Shown here one piece after another: positions 27,690-40,298 of a DNA stretch of 64,000 nt. The stretch comes from Podarcis cretensis (taxonomy: Eukaryota): positions 21,886,001 through 21,950,000 of the forward strand of contig OX638152.1 in NCBI GenBank assembly GCA_951804945.1. The letters run 5' to 3'. A program made the position numbers and the translations under genes. A model generated the notes under the pieces. That model saw only the letters and a list, made by a program, of their open reading frames with translations, did not search any database and was not told the DNA's origin. The stretch's first letter is position 1. Each line of letters opens with the position of its first letter.

Positions 27690-30600
27690 AATAACTAACT
27701 TAGTTGGTCTTTAAGGTGCTACTGGAAGGAATTTTTTTATTTTGTTTTGACTAGGGTTTTAATGTAGATCTTTCACACTCCATTTGGGGCTAAGAAGTGG
27801 GAATGCCATCAGGCAACATTTCTATGACTTCCAAAGCTTATATTATTCTTTTGAACATTGATCATAACTATTTCTCACCTTTGATTTTTACACCCAAATC
27901 CCAAATACATTTTCTTGAAAGTTTTGATTACAACTGAACTTACTTTCAGGTAAGTGTTAAACCAAGAGCTTAATCATTTATTCAGAAGGAAATCTCTGCA
28001 GCATTCATTCTTCATTGTAAGGAAAGTGCTAAATGAAGGTATATGGAGGTGGTTCTTCATTGTGAGATAGAGCAGAAGCTTAACATACTACAGTAGTTCA
28101 ACTGCTCAGTGTTTTTATTATGCAGATTAATGAACATTCCAGCACTCACACAGGTACAGGCATATTTCTGTCACTTCAAGTGGCTTGTAGCACAGTTACA
28201 AATACTTTAAAGATTTTTTCCTTCTGCATATCAACGGCTAACCAGGGATGTCACTTCCATATGTCACTTCCATAAGGGATTTTGGGGATAATTACAGTCA
28301 AATGCCCAAGAACACTCCTGTGTCAAAATAAAGCCTTCCCCCACACCTTCCTGCCTCAAAATGGCAGGTGCCCAGTATCCCCCAGAGCAAGGAAGTTAAA
28401 GAACCCCAGTGACACCTGTGGGGCCATTTCCTCTGGCAAAAATTGAAGGCAGCTGTGATTCAGATGATCCAGTAGGAAGCTCCAAGAGGAGGAGCAGAAT
28501 CCAATGTGGCAGCAGGAAATTGCAGGAAGTTCAACAATTTTGCTCTGGACCCTAGAAACACCCTCACCCAACCTCAAAAACTGGGTGGAGTAAAAGTACC
28601 TCAGATGTAGAAGACTCAGAGCAGCAGCAGAAAGAGGTAGCAACTAGTACTCTGGGAGCAGGGAGGAGTGCTTAGCAACACGTAGTGCTCAACTCTCAGG
28701 TGTGGTGGCCATTCTCTACCACTGATGAGTAGTGTTCAAGGAGGAGCAACAGGCACCTTTGCAGCAGGTGAGCTAGCAGGAAGGGACTGATCCTCAGCCT
28801 TCGTCTTCAGGGTGATAATAGATGTCCCAAATTGAGGGGGTGGGCTGACGGGGACCCCTCACTTCAGGTGCCATGAGGGAGAAGGATAACAGTCCCACCT
28901 CCTCCAAGGACTGTAGATGGGGAGCTGGAATTTGTGCCCGATGCAATAATTTTTTGTGTGACAGCTCTCCAAATCACTGAGCCCTGGGTCTGCGAAGGGA
29001 CTAAATATTTTTCCCCCGGGTGTGGGGAATAGATTACAATTGCTAGGGTGCTTTGAGGAAAGCTATAATAATAGAACATGATTTAAATCACTTTGTGTAG
29101 ATGTGCCCTTTCCCATACTATGTGCTACAGCAAAATCTCTTACTTTGAATGTCAGTTATTTAGCAATCATCATTTTTTCTGCCTTATCTAACCCTTTTCC
29201 TCAGGGTAATACCAAAGTTTCCGTTAACATTTTTACAGCAAGGAGAACTAGATTGACTGTTCTGATTCCAATACCTTTAGAGGTAGACTTGGTCATAGGT
29301 GCCGTCTCTCACTGAAGATTGCTCCAATGGACTTGGCAGAGGAGTGTAAAAGTGAAAATAAAAAACACAATGTATAAAAACAATGCACTGCATTTTGACA
29401 CTGACATTTGTGATACAGTAATTGCAAAATAATATCTATTGAACTAGTGACCACTTAGCAATAGTTCAATCAATTAACTGACCACAGGAAGAAATTACAT
29501 ATATTAAATGTTCATTAGCTCATGCCATATTTTACCTTTACTGATAATACAATACCAGAATAATAGAACTGTTTTGGTGTGGTTACATTTTTAGTGCAAA
29601 TAAATTCATATACGTTGGCATGCAACTCCTTTCTACATTATAATGTAGGCTGGGATCCGAAGAACTGCAACACTTGTTTCTCATGTCCAGCATACCCTAG
29701 TGACTGTGTTTCTTGAACAATACATCTCCCCGTGGCATACAGCAAATTACTTTTGAAACTTGAGTGAAGGGGACTTTCTAAAGCTGTTTGATATGTCATG
29801 AAGATCTTGATCTTCAAAGGTTGCAGGGAAGTAAAAATTCCACTAGACTTGCCCAAGTTCTTGGGCATGTCTAAAATACCTCTTTGGATCCCAGCCACTA
29901 TCAGGTAAGACTACTAGATAATACGTACTCCTTAAAAGTGCATTTGTACAATTAATATTTTGGCCTCTAGTTTGTGTTTTGTGGTCTAGTTTTTGCAAGA
30001 TGTTAAGCAAACATCTTACAAAATGTTTACTCAGGAGTTAAACCCCACTGAGCATGCATAGAAATGCAGCCTTAGAAAACTAGCTATATCCTTCTCTTAT
30101 ATCTAATGTATTGTAAGTACATGAGATGGATGACAGAAGTAGGTATGTGCAACTGGCATGCCCTTAATCAACTTTATACAGATCATCAATCCAGTTACAA
30201 TTTAAGGAAGAATGAGGAAATGCAAAATTAGGATCCAAACAGTCATGAAAGATACTGCCTCAAAAATACAAGCTGTGCAGTATAATCCTTAGCAGGTTCA
30301 CTCTGGAGTAAATCTCACTGAATTCAAATGTACCTACTCCCAAGTAAATTTACACAGGCAATGAAACTTAATTTTAAATAAATATAAATTTTGGCCACCT
30401 TCCCCAATCTGGTGTCTTCCAGAGATTTTGGGATCCAAACTTCCATCATCCCTAGTCAGCATGGGCAATGATCAGGGATGATGTGAGCTGTAGTCCCAAA
30501 AGATATGGAGGCATTCAAGTTGGGGAAATACAATTACACTGATCTATTATAACCCCTCTATGATTTTACACCAGACTGATGAGATATAACCCGATGCAAT

Positions 30601-31717
30601 AAGCACAAGTAAAACATTCCTATATTGTTTTGGACAAAGGAAATAAAAACTTTACTGCACACTTGCTACCACAAGCATAAGCATAAAGGCACTTCCTTGG
30701 GCTGTGTCTGTTACCTATGGCTATCATAAAGAGAAAAGCACAGCCAACAGCATTGAAATGACAGACCAACTTAGGACCTATTAGTAACATCAACAAGCTA
30801 CACCACTTGAGATACTGAATACTCAACTGAATCCACTACTGTCTTTGCTTAAGCCATTTTAGTCTATCAGTGAGTGCAGTTCTTTGCCTACTCAAAAGTA
30901 AGTCCTATGAGTTCAATGAACATACTCCCAGGTGAACAGAGTATTGCAGCCCAAGTTAATAAAAGTTGTTTGTGAAAATTATTGTGTGCAATGTTCCTAT
31001 CAAAATAGTTGACATTTTATTTAATATCTAATAGAGAAAAATGCTAAATTAAGCTTTAAAAAATCCAGAATTGAGTAACTTACAGCAAGCCTACACATTT
31101 TTACTCAGAAGCCCACCCCACTGAGTTCAATGGGGTGTGCTTCCTGGTAAACAGTTAAGCCAACATCCAGAAAGCAACTAAATTCAGCCTATTTTACTTT
31201 ACTACATATTATGGAAAACTTCAACTTTTAACTCCATTTTTTTCTACTGGCAAAACTATGATTGATCCTGGTTACTCTTACTTTGGGCCTAAAAGTGCAT
31301 TAATCTGAAAACTTGGGCCAGGATGTAAACTGCTACCTAGGCTCAATGTAATTTTTGATATTTTTTTCTTTGACCAGTTGACCCCAAATCATACCATAAA
31401 TTGCTTTTCAACATATTGTAGGGTTGACTGGGGGAAAGGGGAAAAAAACCCTCACATCATCTACATTACTCTTTAGTTCACAAAGCTTCTGGTTCTAGTT
31501 GTGGTCAATCCCTTTTTTTTGGGGGGGGGGTTGCTACTGAAATTTAAAAAGAGGTGTTTGAATATATTCAAACAATCAAGCCCTGCTCCTTATTAAAATA
31601 AAAAGTGGCTGCAAACCATGTTAGCAGATTGGGCCTCTAATATATGGGGCTTTTTGGCAAATGAAAAGCAAACAGAACCATAAAACTTGTGCAGCTTCTT
31701 ATAACTGATATACTGGA

Positions 31718-33323
31718 CTACACTGCTATTGCAAACAACCATGGGTCCCTATATTTATTAAACTTAATCACCTGACAATAGAACTCAGTTAGGGCTCTTG
31801 GCATGGGTGAAACCTCCTCCCATTCAGACCTACTGCTATGGTAGACTTGTACTTCATCAGTGATTTCATCAGGAGCATAATCTCCACCGAGGATGTAAAT
31901 TTTATCTTCTATTCCAACTGCTCCTGCATTAAAACCAGCACATTCAAAAGACCCTTCCCCTTTCCAGACATATGTCTCTGGGCAAAAACTATAAACCTTG
32001 TAGGTGGAAAGGTCACAGATGTACAATGTGCAGTTCACTGGAACAGCTTTGATTAAGGTGGCATGAAAGAACTGCCCAAATTCTGCTACCAGCTCAGACC
32101 ACTGATCAGTTGCGGCATTATATTTAAAGAAACAATCAAGAGATGGGTTAAAGGCATCAGTAATTTCTACTTCAGAACCAAGCACATAAATTATATTCTG
32201 ACATGCACTTGCTTCTGGATAATAGATACCTCTTGGTAAGGGACTCACAGATTTCCATTCCCCAGAGAGAGGACTGTATGCCTCCACATCTAAAAGACTT
32301 TTGATATCCTTAGATGCCCTTGTCTTCCCCCCTATTACAAACAGTTGATTTAGGGTCACAACAGATGCATGCATTGTCCTTGGCTTCTTCATGGCTGATA
32401 CCGATGAGAAGCTGTCCTTCACCGGACAATAACACCAAGTTTGGTCAGTGGCGTCATGATACGTTTCGGCAATATGAAGTCTAATTGTCCGGAAACAGTT
32501 CCCTACACATCCGCCAGTTATAAACAGCTTTTCACCATAACTAGATAAACTTGATCCTGGCAGATCTGTTATGTGCGTGTGCATCAGTTCTTTCCATTGA
32601 TCGGTTTTAATATTGTAACAAAACGTATGTCGATGTACTCCGTCTTCCTCAGTTTTGTGAACAAGTATGTACTGTTCTGTTGTTGAAGGGCGAGCGTCTG
32701 GAAACAAACCGCTAAAAGTTTGCACACTTTTAATTGCCTCATTGATTATTACTAAGCAACCAGCGCTTTCAAGTAGTTGTTCTTCAGAGTGCAATACTTC
32801 CTGCAGTGTCTTCTCCGATAACTGATGTAACCTTATTTTTTTCATCAAGTGGGGAAGATGCTTCTGTCTTGTTTCTAAGTTATGTTTCGTCCACCAAAGG
32901 GCAGCTTTTAACACAGATTCCTCATCTGGGACATTGAGCTCATCTGCTTCTATACATTTTAGCAGTATCTCGAAATTCATTTCCAGAAAATCATTTGACT
33001 GGAGCAGCAAGGAAAAATGGCGCTGGGCATATTTGAGGGTATGGTCAAACAACTGAGTGGACCCATAACTTTCGGAAATGGATAATAGCTGCAAACAGTT
33101 GACAAGATCAATGTTCTTAATTAGAAAGTCACTGCAAGCTTTTGAAAGAGTGGAAACTTGAAGAAAGGATGAAAGCTGAAATAACATTTCTACGTTATCG
33201 TTTGTTATCTCTGTTCTTCCAGTGTAGGCATAATCAAGAAATGCCTTCACTGCCTTGGGTGATAAATTACTAATAGTAACACTCCCATCATCTCTTTCTT
33301 TCATGTTAACTTCAAACATGGCC
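31718..33323 (-). CDS. KBTBD3: KBTBD3 large terminal coding exon (BTB-BACK-Kelch)
   Basis: Acceptor ctgcag|G GCC ATG restores R-AMFEVNMKE; BACK domain and Kelch repeats with GG motifs; spliced product is 609 aa. Confidence 0.95.
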
Positions 33324-34777
33324 CTGCAGTTAAAATACAGAAGATGAACACACAATAAATCATCACTGATATCTGTTCCATCTGAATATAATGTAGAACC
33401 AAAACCACACAGCTTAAGGTGAAGGGAATTATTTTCAATAAACATCTTTTGGACATTTTAGGTAAATTATTTGTAGAGTGAATAAATGCAAAACTAATGC
33501 AGTATAAAGCACATTTAAGAAGAAGCAGGGTTTTTCTATGAGGTTTTCATTACTTTTAAATAGTTCGGCATGATAAATTCAGGCATCATTCCAATCAAGG
33601 TATGATGAGTGTATATCTTAAAACACAAATTAGATCAGTTCATAGAATAGGATCCAAACTACAGGCTTACCTAAGGCAAGTCCACTGGAATTTTGGGATT
33701 TGGTTTATTTCTTTTAACAGCTACATCCACTCTCAGATTCAGATTGCTTAGAATCTTTAAATTCTTAAAAGCTCAGAGTGAGTAAAAGAGCATGATGTAT
33801 TGCCACAGGATTTCTGCTTCTGTACATCCACTTAGCCAATGTGGAGCCCACCTGATGCTGTTGGGCTATAACTTCCATCACCCCTGACCAAGAAGCCAAT
33901 GAGAGTTGCAGTTCCAACAACATAAGGTGGGCACAAACCAAGGTTCAATGGAAATGCAGCTCACCCTCCTGGAAGATAAGGGATACCCATGTTAACAGTG
34001 TTCTTGTTTTCATAGATAGCTTGTAATTTCTATTATACCCAAAGTCTGGAATGTATTATGGATGTATCTAGACCCGTTTTTGTTTCTGCTTCGATATCTT
34101 GTACCAGGTTTCTGTGATTGTTCTGTTTTATGCTTGATTTTGTATTTTAATAAAATTAAAATTATTTGTATGTCTTCTCTGAGATCTTCAATACTAGACA
34201 CTGTCAAACAGAGGATATGAGCCAAGCAATTTGATTTGAAATGCTATACTGTGTTGCATCATAGAGTATCCAAACAACAACAAAAATACTCATTGAGAAA
34301 CAGTTATTAAATATTCCTACAGATAAATAATTTTATTATCGATTAATGTTATCAATACACCCAGCAAAGGTGGTTTGCATATAGAAGCAGTATCTGTAGG
34401 TGCATGCCCTTCTGCATTGTGTTGAATTGGCTGTGTATAGCATTTAAGGCAGATGGTAATGCACATCTCCACCTGAAACCTACATATGAAGTTGTACACA
34501 GTGAATGGGTTGAAGTCATGCTATCTAACAAAAACAAATGATTTTAAAATCATTTCATAGCCATTTCATAGCTGACTGGATCTACTAATCTACTTTTGAA
34601 GGTCAACATAGGATGAGAATTACTTCTATGTTTTGAGTAGGGGGGTTGTGAATTGAATAGAAGAATGAATTAACTACATCACATATGTAACAGTGATATA
34701 TATATATATCTCCATGTTTATAGTCATATATATCTATATCTATATCTATGCACACAAGAACTACATCATAGGCTTAC

Positions 34778-35001
34778 CTGAAAAAGTCACTACATGCTGC
34801 CAATACGCAACGGTGACATGGGATCACTTCATCTTTCACAAGTATTTTGAAGTCAAAAAAGTTGTTTTGATCTCTGAAGCTTTGCAGTACATTTAAGATT
34901 TGTTGGCCATGGCCTTCAGCCACCAAGGAGCTGGCTTTCTGCTCACGAGATGAAATTCCATTGCAAGTTGGGGTGCTAATGAAATCATATTGGTTGTCCA
35001 T
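34778..35001 (-). CDS. KBTBD3: Kelch repeat and BTB domain protein 3, first coding exon
   Basis: MDNQYDF...HGQQILNVLQSFRDQNNFFDFKILVKDEVIPCHRCVLAACSDFFR (BTB N-terminus); donor AG|GTAAG at 34778; acceptor tccttcag| at 35025 upstream of the ATG. Confidence 0.93.
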
Positions 35002-35800
35002 GGTTTCTGCACTCTATTCTTATTGCTGAAGGAGATAATATAAAAGTTAGACACATACAACAAAATTACTGACCAAAAATGACTTCATAGGTATGGTATG
35101 CTAGGTGTGGTGATCCAAGGAATCTTTATCCATATTGGGAAAGGTGTATAAATATTTAAAATAATAAAAATAGCTAGAAATGCCATCCAAATAATACATC
35201 ACAGGTCGGAATCAAATCAGTAACTTGCCTCCGGGTATACTTTCAAAGCAAGTGATGAAGAAATCCATGCACAGAATGATGCTTGTATGCTGGTTTGCAG
35301 TGAATATATTTCACTGTAACCACCATGAGTTCCTAAGGCTTAAATGTTTTAAGTGACTTTGTTACTAAAAAAATAAAAATAATCTGGGGTATAAACTGTA
35401 ACTATTACTGCATTGCTTTATTTGTTTTTTTGAGGGAAAACAAGGTCCCAAAGAATTATATCCAAACCTTGCTATATAAACAACTGATTCATATATTCGA
35501 ACAGCGAGAGTTTGCCCACTTTCTTACTTGTTTGTGTTTTGCTGGTCAATGGTAGCCATTTTGGGCAGAAACCATGGGGGTAAAGAGAGAGATCGGACAA
35601 ATCAGTTTTTCCTCTTTGGCTTTTGCTGATTGGCTGCAGCAGTTTCAGGCAAAAAAGCATGGAGGGAGAAAACCTGGATTAGAAATGTTCCCACAGGAAA
35701 TGAAGGATATAATCTGCTCACTATGCAAACTTGTCACTCTGAGTAAAGGTTGAATACCATCCTAACAAATGTATTATGATACAAGCTTTCATGGAATATA

Positions 35801-37950
35801 CAGTATGATCACATCTTACACGGGGTTGCATTCTGGGGATAGAATGTAAAGCCAGAATACCATATGGTCAATACAACCCTTTAAAAACCAGGTAAATGGC
35901 CCATAAAAAGCACACCAGCATTTACCTGTGCACAATGACCGTGTTGCTTAGTCTTCCTCATCCTCTTCAGGGCTTGAGGTTGCTCCAGGAGATGATGGGC
36001 CAGGCCTGAGCAACAGATTGCGAGTTGCAGGCAAAGTGGTTGGCTCTGTTTCAGCTTCAGAAGTTGATTGTGTGGGCTCACTTGCTACCGCTGCGTTTTT
36101 TGTGAGAAACATGGTGCTTGGCAACTGTCGCTGTTGTCTCTTGAGCTGTTCAAACATTTCTCGATACAGTCTCAAACTGTCTGTGATACCCTGTGTGATT
36201 TTGAGGCTTCGTTCCATAGAGGGATCAAACTTAGCGATCAAATCATTCAGGTGTTTTGCTGTTTGGAAGACTTGAGCAAACTTATGCAGATTCCAACTTG
36301 CTGGCTCATCCTGTTCATCCTCCTCTTCATCTTCTGTACTTGATCTTAGCAGTTCCTCCAGCTCTTCATTAGTTAACGTTCCTCCATGGCCATCAATTAA
36401 CGCTTCAACTTCTTCCTCAGTGAGGTCAACAAAGCCATCACCACCCATTTGTCTGGCCATCTGGACAATATGTTCCACTTCATTGTCAATGGTTGGGAAA
36501 CCCTTAAAATCATCCACACATTCTTTCCACAACTTGCGCCAGCATGCATTCACCGATTCGGGCTTGATTGCATCTACTGCTTGCTTAATGTGAGTGATGC
36601 AACTGGCCATGTTAAAGGACTTCCAGCACTCAATGACATCAAAGTTGGGATCAGTATCCATAGCGTTACGTATCCATGAGAAGGTTAGCCTTGTGTAAGT
36701 TGCCCTGAAGCACCGAATCACACCTTGGTCGAGAGGTTGGATGATGGAGGCCGTGTTGGGCGGGAGAAAGACAACTTCAACATCATTATGTGCAAAGCAG
36801 AGTGCCTCGGGGTGACCAGGAGCATTGTCCACAATCAGCAACACCTTAAAGTTCAGTTGTTTCTCTTCAAGGTACCGCTTAACTTCCGGAACAAAGCAAT
36901 TGTGGAACCAATCTTGAAACGTTGCTGCAGTTACCCAAGCCTTTCTATTGGGTTGCCAAAACACAGGCAGGAGATTTTTGTTCTTGCCTTTCAGGGCACG
37001 GGGGACAGCAGACCTGTACAGCAAGCCTGGCTTTATTAAGTGCCCACCTGCACTGCCACAGAGCAACACAGTCACACGGTCGTTAGCTGCTTTGAAGCCA
37101 GGGGCTTGTTTTTCTGATTTGGAGATGTACGTCCGCTCAGGCATTTTTTTCCAGAACAGCCCCGTCTCAACAGCATTAAAAACTTGCTCAGGAAGGTATC
37201 CCTTTTCGTCTAACAGTTCCTTTAATTGCTTGGGGTAGGCTTTTGCTGCCTCTTTGTCTGCAGATGCAGACACTTCACCAGTTGTGTGCACATTTTTCGG
37301 TTTGAAGCGCTTCCTAAAACTAGTAAGCCAACCGTGACTGGCTTTGAATTCCTTCACAGGCTGGCCATCCTCGGCAGAAGGTTTGAAGAGTGCATAGAGG
37401 CTGAGAGCCTTTTGCCGTAACATCACGCCATCAGTAGGCATGCGTTTGCGGTTCATGTCTTCAAGCCACAAGTTTAATGCCTTCTCAGTCTTTGCTAAAG
37501 CCTCGTCGTCCACCTGGCTTGTCACCTGAGCAGTTATTGGAGCACTTGCTGCCACAATGTCATGGATTTCTCTCTCTCGAACCTGGATGGCATGGACGCT
37601 CGATTCGCTGTAGCCATATTTGCGTGCCACACTAGAGACTGACATGCCATCTCTCAAGCAGTCCAGCGCCGCTACTTTTTCTTGCCGTGTTGGAAGCAAA
37701 CGTTGTTTCTTGTGTTGCACGCCAGCAGAGGGCCCTGGCTTGCGTTTGGGGGCCATGTTTTCTTAATCACCAAGGCTACTCTCAATCGCCAACTGCACCT
37801 CCACACGTTCTCCAACGCTGCTGGCACTGACTCCACCTCATCACCCTTTCCTAAGCTGTACAATGATGGGTGGGATGTCGATGAGGTCCCCACCCCCCCG
37901 CCCGTCACGCACACAAATTTGGAAATTGCCTATGTTAAATGTGCATAAGC
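35801..37950 (-). mobile_element. Decayed Tigger-like DNA transposon body enclosing the ORF
   Basis: TA|CAGTATGATCACATCTTACAC terminus at 35801; only a partial counterpart (gtgcataag) near 37940. Right boundary uncertain. Confidence 0.55.
35948..37756 (-). CDS. Intact Tigger/pogo-family (TIGD/CENP-B-like) transposase-derived ORF, 602 aa
   Basis: N-terminal PKRK basic signal, psq-type HTH, CENP-B-type HTH (FKASHGWLTSFRKR), DDE_1-type domain with VFNAVETGLFWK / LLIVDNAPGHP / IQPLDQGVI (D310-D343, 32-residue spacing), acidic tail; Kozak aaaacATGG; no stops or frameshifts. Confidence 0.9.
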   Translation of the reverse strand: MAPKRKPGPSAGVQHKKQRLLPTRQEKVAALDCLRDGMSVSSVARKYGYSESSVHAIQVREREIHDIVAASAPITAQVTSQVDDEALAKTEKALNLWLEDMNRKRMPTDGVMLRQKALSLYALFKPSAEDGQPVKEFKASHGWLTSFRKRFKPKNVHTTGEVSASADKEAAKAYPKQLKELLDEKGYLPEQVFNAVETGLFWKKMPERTYISKSEKQAPGFKAANDRVTVLLCGSAGGHLIKPGLLYRSAVPRALKGKNKNLLPVFWQPNRKAWVTAATFQDWFHNCFVPEVKRYLEEKQLNFKVLLIVDNAPGHPEALCFAHNDVEVVFLPPNTASIIQPLDQGVIRCFRATYTRLTFSWIRNAMDTDPNFDVIECWKSFNMASCITHIKQAVDAIKPESVNACWRKLWKECVDDFKGFPTIDNEVEHIVQMARQMGGDGFVDLTEEEVEALIDGHGGTLTNEELEELLRSSTEDEEEDEQDEPASWNLHKFAQVFQTAKHLNDLIAKFDPSMERSLKITQGITDSLRLYREMFEQLKRQQRQLPSTMFLTKNAAVASEPTQSTSEAETEPTTLPATRNLLLRPGPSSPGATSSPEEDEED

Positions 37951-38449
37951 AACTCACTTCATCAGACACATAAAGTACTGTCCTCATTTACAGATGCATG
38001 TATATGTACCGGATCGGTCGTGGGTGGGTGCGATTGTAAAAGTTGCAGAAAGTCACTTAGGCCAAAAGGAAGTGCAGCAAATTAATTAACAGTGGTAAAG
38101 CAGAGCATGCTTGACGACATCTTGGCATCGGTAAGCCACTTAGGAGCAAAGGAAGCTGCAGGCTGCTGGTACATCTAGCTTGCTAGAACAAGCAACAGCT
38201 CTCCAGGGTTTCAGCCAGAGGACATTCCAAGCCCTACCTGGAGATGCTGTGGACTGAACCCACGACCTTCCGAATGCAAAGCAGAAAATCTGTCACTGAG
38301 CTATAGTCTTTCCTCTTCCACATATGGGGGGGGGGAGTCCACTATCACTGAAACTCTCTGCTGCTTTTCCTGCAAAAGGCCAACAAAACTGCCCTTCGGG
38401 AAACAGCAGCACTTATTCCTAGCATCATTCAGCTTGAATATCATCGCCT

Positions 38450-39720
38450 TACTGTCTATAGAAGCCTTCGCAGCTGGGAGGAACGCCTGGGAACTAAGGG
38501 CACACGCTACGTAACAGCTTCAGTGGCTGTTCTGCGCATGCCCCACGCGCATGCTCATCACCAGAGACGCCAATCTAAAACACGGCCCGTTCTATAGCGC
38601 TTTCCCTTTTACCTCAGACAACCCAGTTCAAGCTGCCAGGCTGGCGAGTTTAACACCCCTCGTTAGGAACGCGCCGCCTATAACCCAGCGGAGGTCTTCC
38701 ATTCTGTGGTTTCCCCCTCGGTGCGCGCCGCTAACCACCCACCTGCATCCAACGCAGCCACTCGGAGACCATCCGCTACGGCCTACATCTGCAAAAGCCG
38801 ACGCTGTCCTCCCATTGGCTCTTCCTGCTGCCCATCGATCGCGTCTTGTGTTGTGAGTGGCGCAAGTCCGTGTCGCTAAGAAAGCGCAAAAGCCCGCCTC
38901 CTCGTAACTGCCGGTGCCGCCGACGTTGTCAAGAGCGGGGACCGCCCCTCGCTCCCAAGAGCCATGAGCTCGATGAAAACAAAGAGACGCTTCAGGTTAT
39001 CAATTGAAAGTGAGCGTCGGGGAGGGGGGGAAGCAATATAAATAATATAGGACAGGGTTCTATATGGAAATTCAGATTCTCCCCCCGCTTCGCCCCGTAT
39101 TCTATGCAATGCTGTTGCCTCGCATGTGGCTGCTGTAAAGCAGAACTCAGAATGAGCACCGCGCGCAACCTCCTTTTTTTCTTGTTATACCTCTATGTAC
39201 TCTCCGGAGGGAGCTGGTGATTGGTCTGCCGTATTTTGCATTTGGCTCCCGATTGGCTGCTGCGTTTCCTCTCCCTCGCTTAACCTCCGCGAGTCCCTCC
39301 TTCCCTCCTCCTCTTTTTCGAACCTTCCTCGAAGGGAGCGAGCAGAGGGGAGAGTGAGCCACGCGCACTGCGGAGCTTGCACTTTATTTCCCCTCCAGTT
39401 TTGCTGCTGCAGTTCTGCAGCGCGGACTGCTTCGCCTGATTACTCGGAAGCAAGTCGCGTTGAGTCCAGCGGGGCTTCCTGCAGCCTTGGAGTCTCCTGG
39501 CTTAAAAAGTTTTGGGTGCAGTCCTAAACCACGCCTATACTCTGAAGTAAGCCCCGTTGAATTCGGCGAGGCTTACTCCCAGGTAAGTGGGGTTAAGAAT
39601 TGCAGCCATCTCTACGCTCAGTGCCCAGCACTTCGGATGTTCGAGTCCAGCCAGCCCCGTTCCCTCCTGGAAGCAGCAGCAGCGCTATTTCTCCACAGGA
39701 GAGCAACGCGTTCTCCCCTC
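38450..39720. promoter_or_regulatory. CpG island, bidirectional KBTBD3/AASDHPPT promoter
   Basis: CpG-rich between head-to-head genes; two NRF1-like GCGCATGC motifs at 38533-38555; CCAAT/ATTGG boxes near 38570, 38814, 39220 and 39252; minus-strand donor GAG|GTAAAA at 38613 (candidate KBTBD3 exon 1 end). Confidence 0.8.
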
Positions 39721-40298
39721 TCCTTAAAAAAAATCCTGCCTAGATTGCTAGCAAAAGAAGGGAAATAATTTGTCTATTCGTGTACATTTTGGCCCATTGT
39801 CAGCTGCAATGTCTCTAAGTAATGCCAAGAGGAGCAGGTTTTGAAAACTGCAAGGTGTCCCACTTGAAATCCAGTCCTTGAGAGAAGACTTTTGGGATGC
39901 ATTTGCATTTAAATCCTTTATTCCCTTTCCTCAGTACAGTAGTTCCTAATCCTAAACACACCTGATTGGAGGTAAGCCCCACTAAATTGAATGGGGCTTG
40001 CAGAATTGCGGTCTGGGCAGAGGAGGCGTTTGTTTACGCTGGAGTAAAGACAGAGCATCGTTCTATTTATATGATTCTGATCCTGCCCCTTCCTTCAATG
40101 ACCTCACATGGAGAGGGGCTTAATCCATTTTGCATTGACAACAACCCTGCGAGAGACTGAAAGATGGTCATTCACGCAACAGCCTAACTTGAGTAGGGAT
40201 TTGAACCCAGAACTCACTGGCCCAAGAGTTCTGTCAGCCTCCTATTTCTCTCCCCATTCCGCCACGTGTGTACCCCTCGGGCTGATGTTTTAAAACAT

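Larger units (their letters stand above)
27506..27750. mobile_element. Penelope-like retroelement remnant: two inverted terminal-repeat copies
   Basis: About 104-bp near-perfect inverted arms (27535-27638, 27650-27753) with an 11-nt spacer; 13-bp TSD ctagggttttaat (27493-27505, 27751-27763); ggtagcc.tgttggtct / gtagcaccttaaagacc motifs typical of reptile Penelope ends. Confidence 0.75.

Noticed and set aside
28319-28965. TG...CA bounded, LTR-looking segment
   Set aside because: No matching TSD could be read and the boundaries are ambiguous, so it was not called.
33324-33445. N-terminal 41 aa of the 575-aa ORF (MFIENNSL...)
   Set aside because: Intronic read-through upstream of the KBTBD3 acceptor at 33323; the true N-terminus is the 34778-35001 exon.
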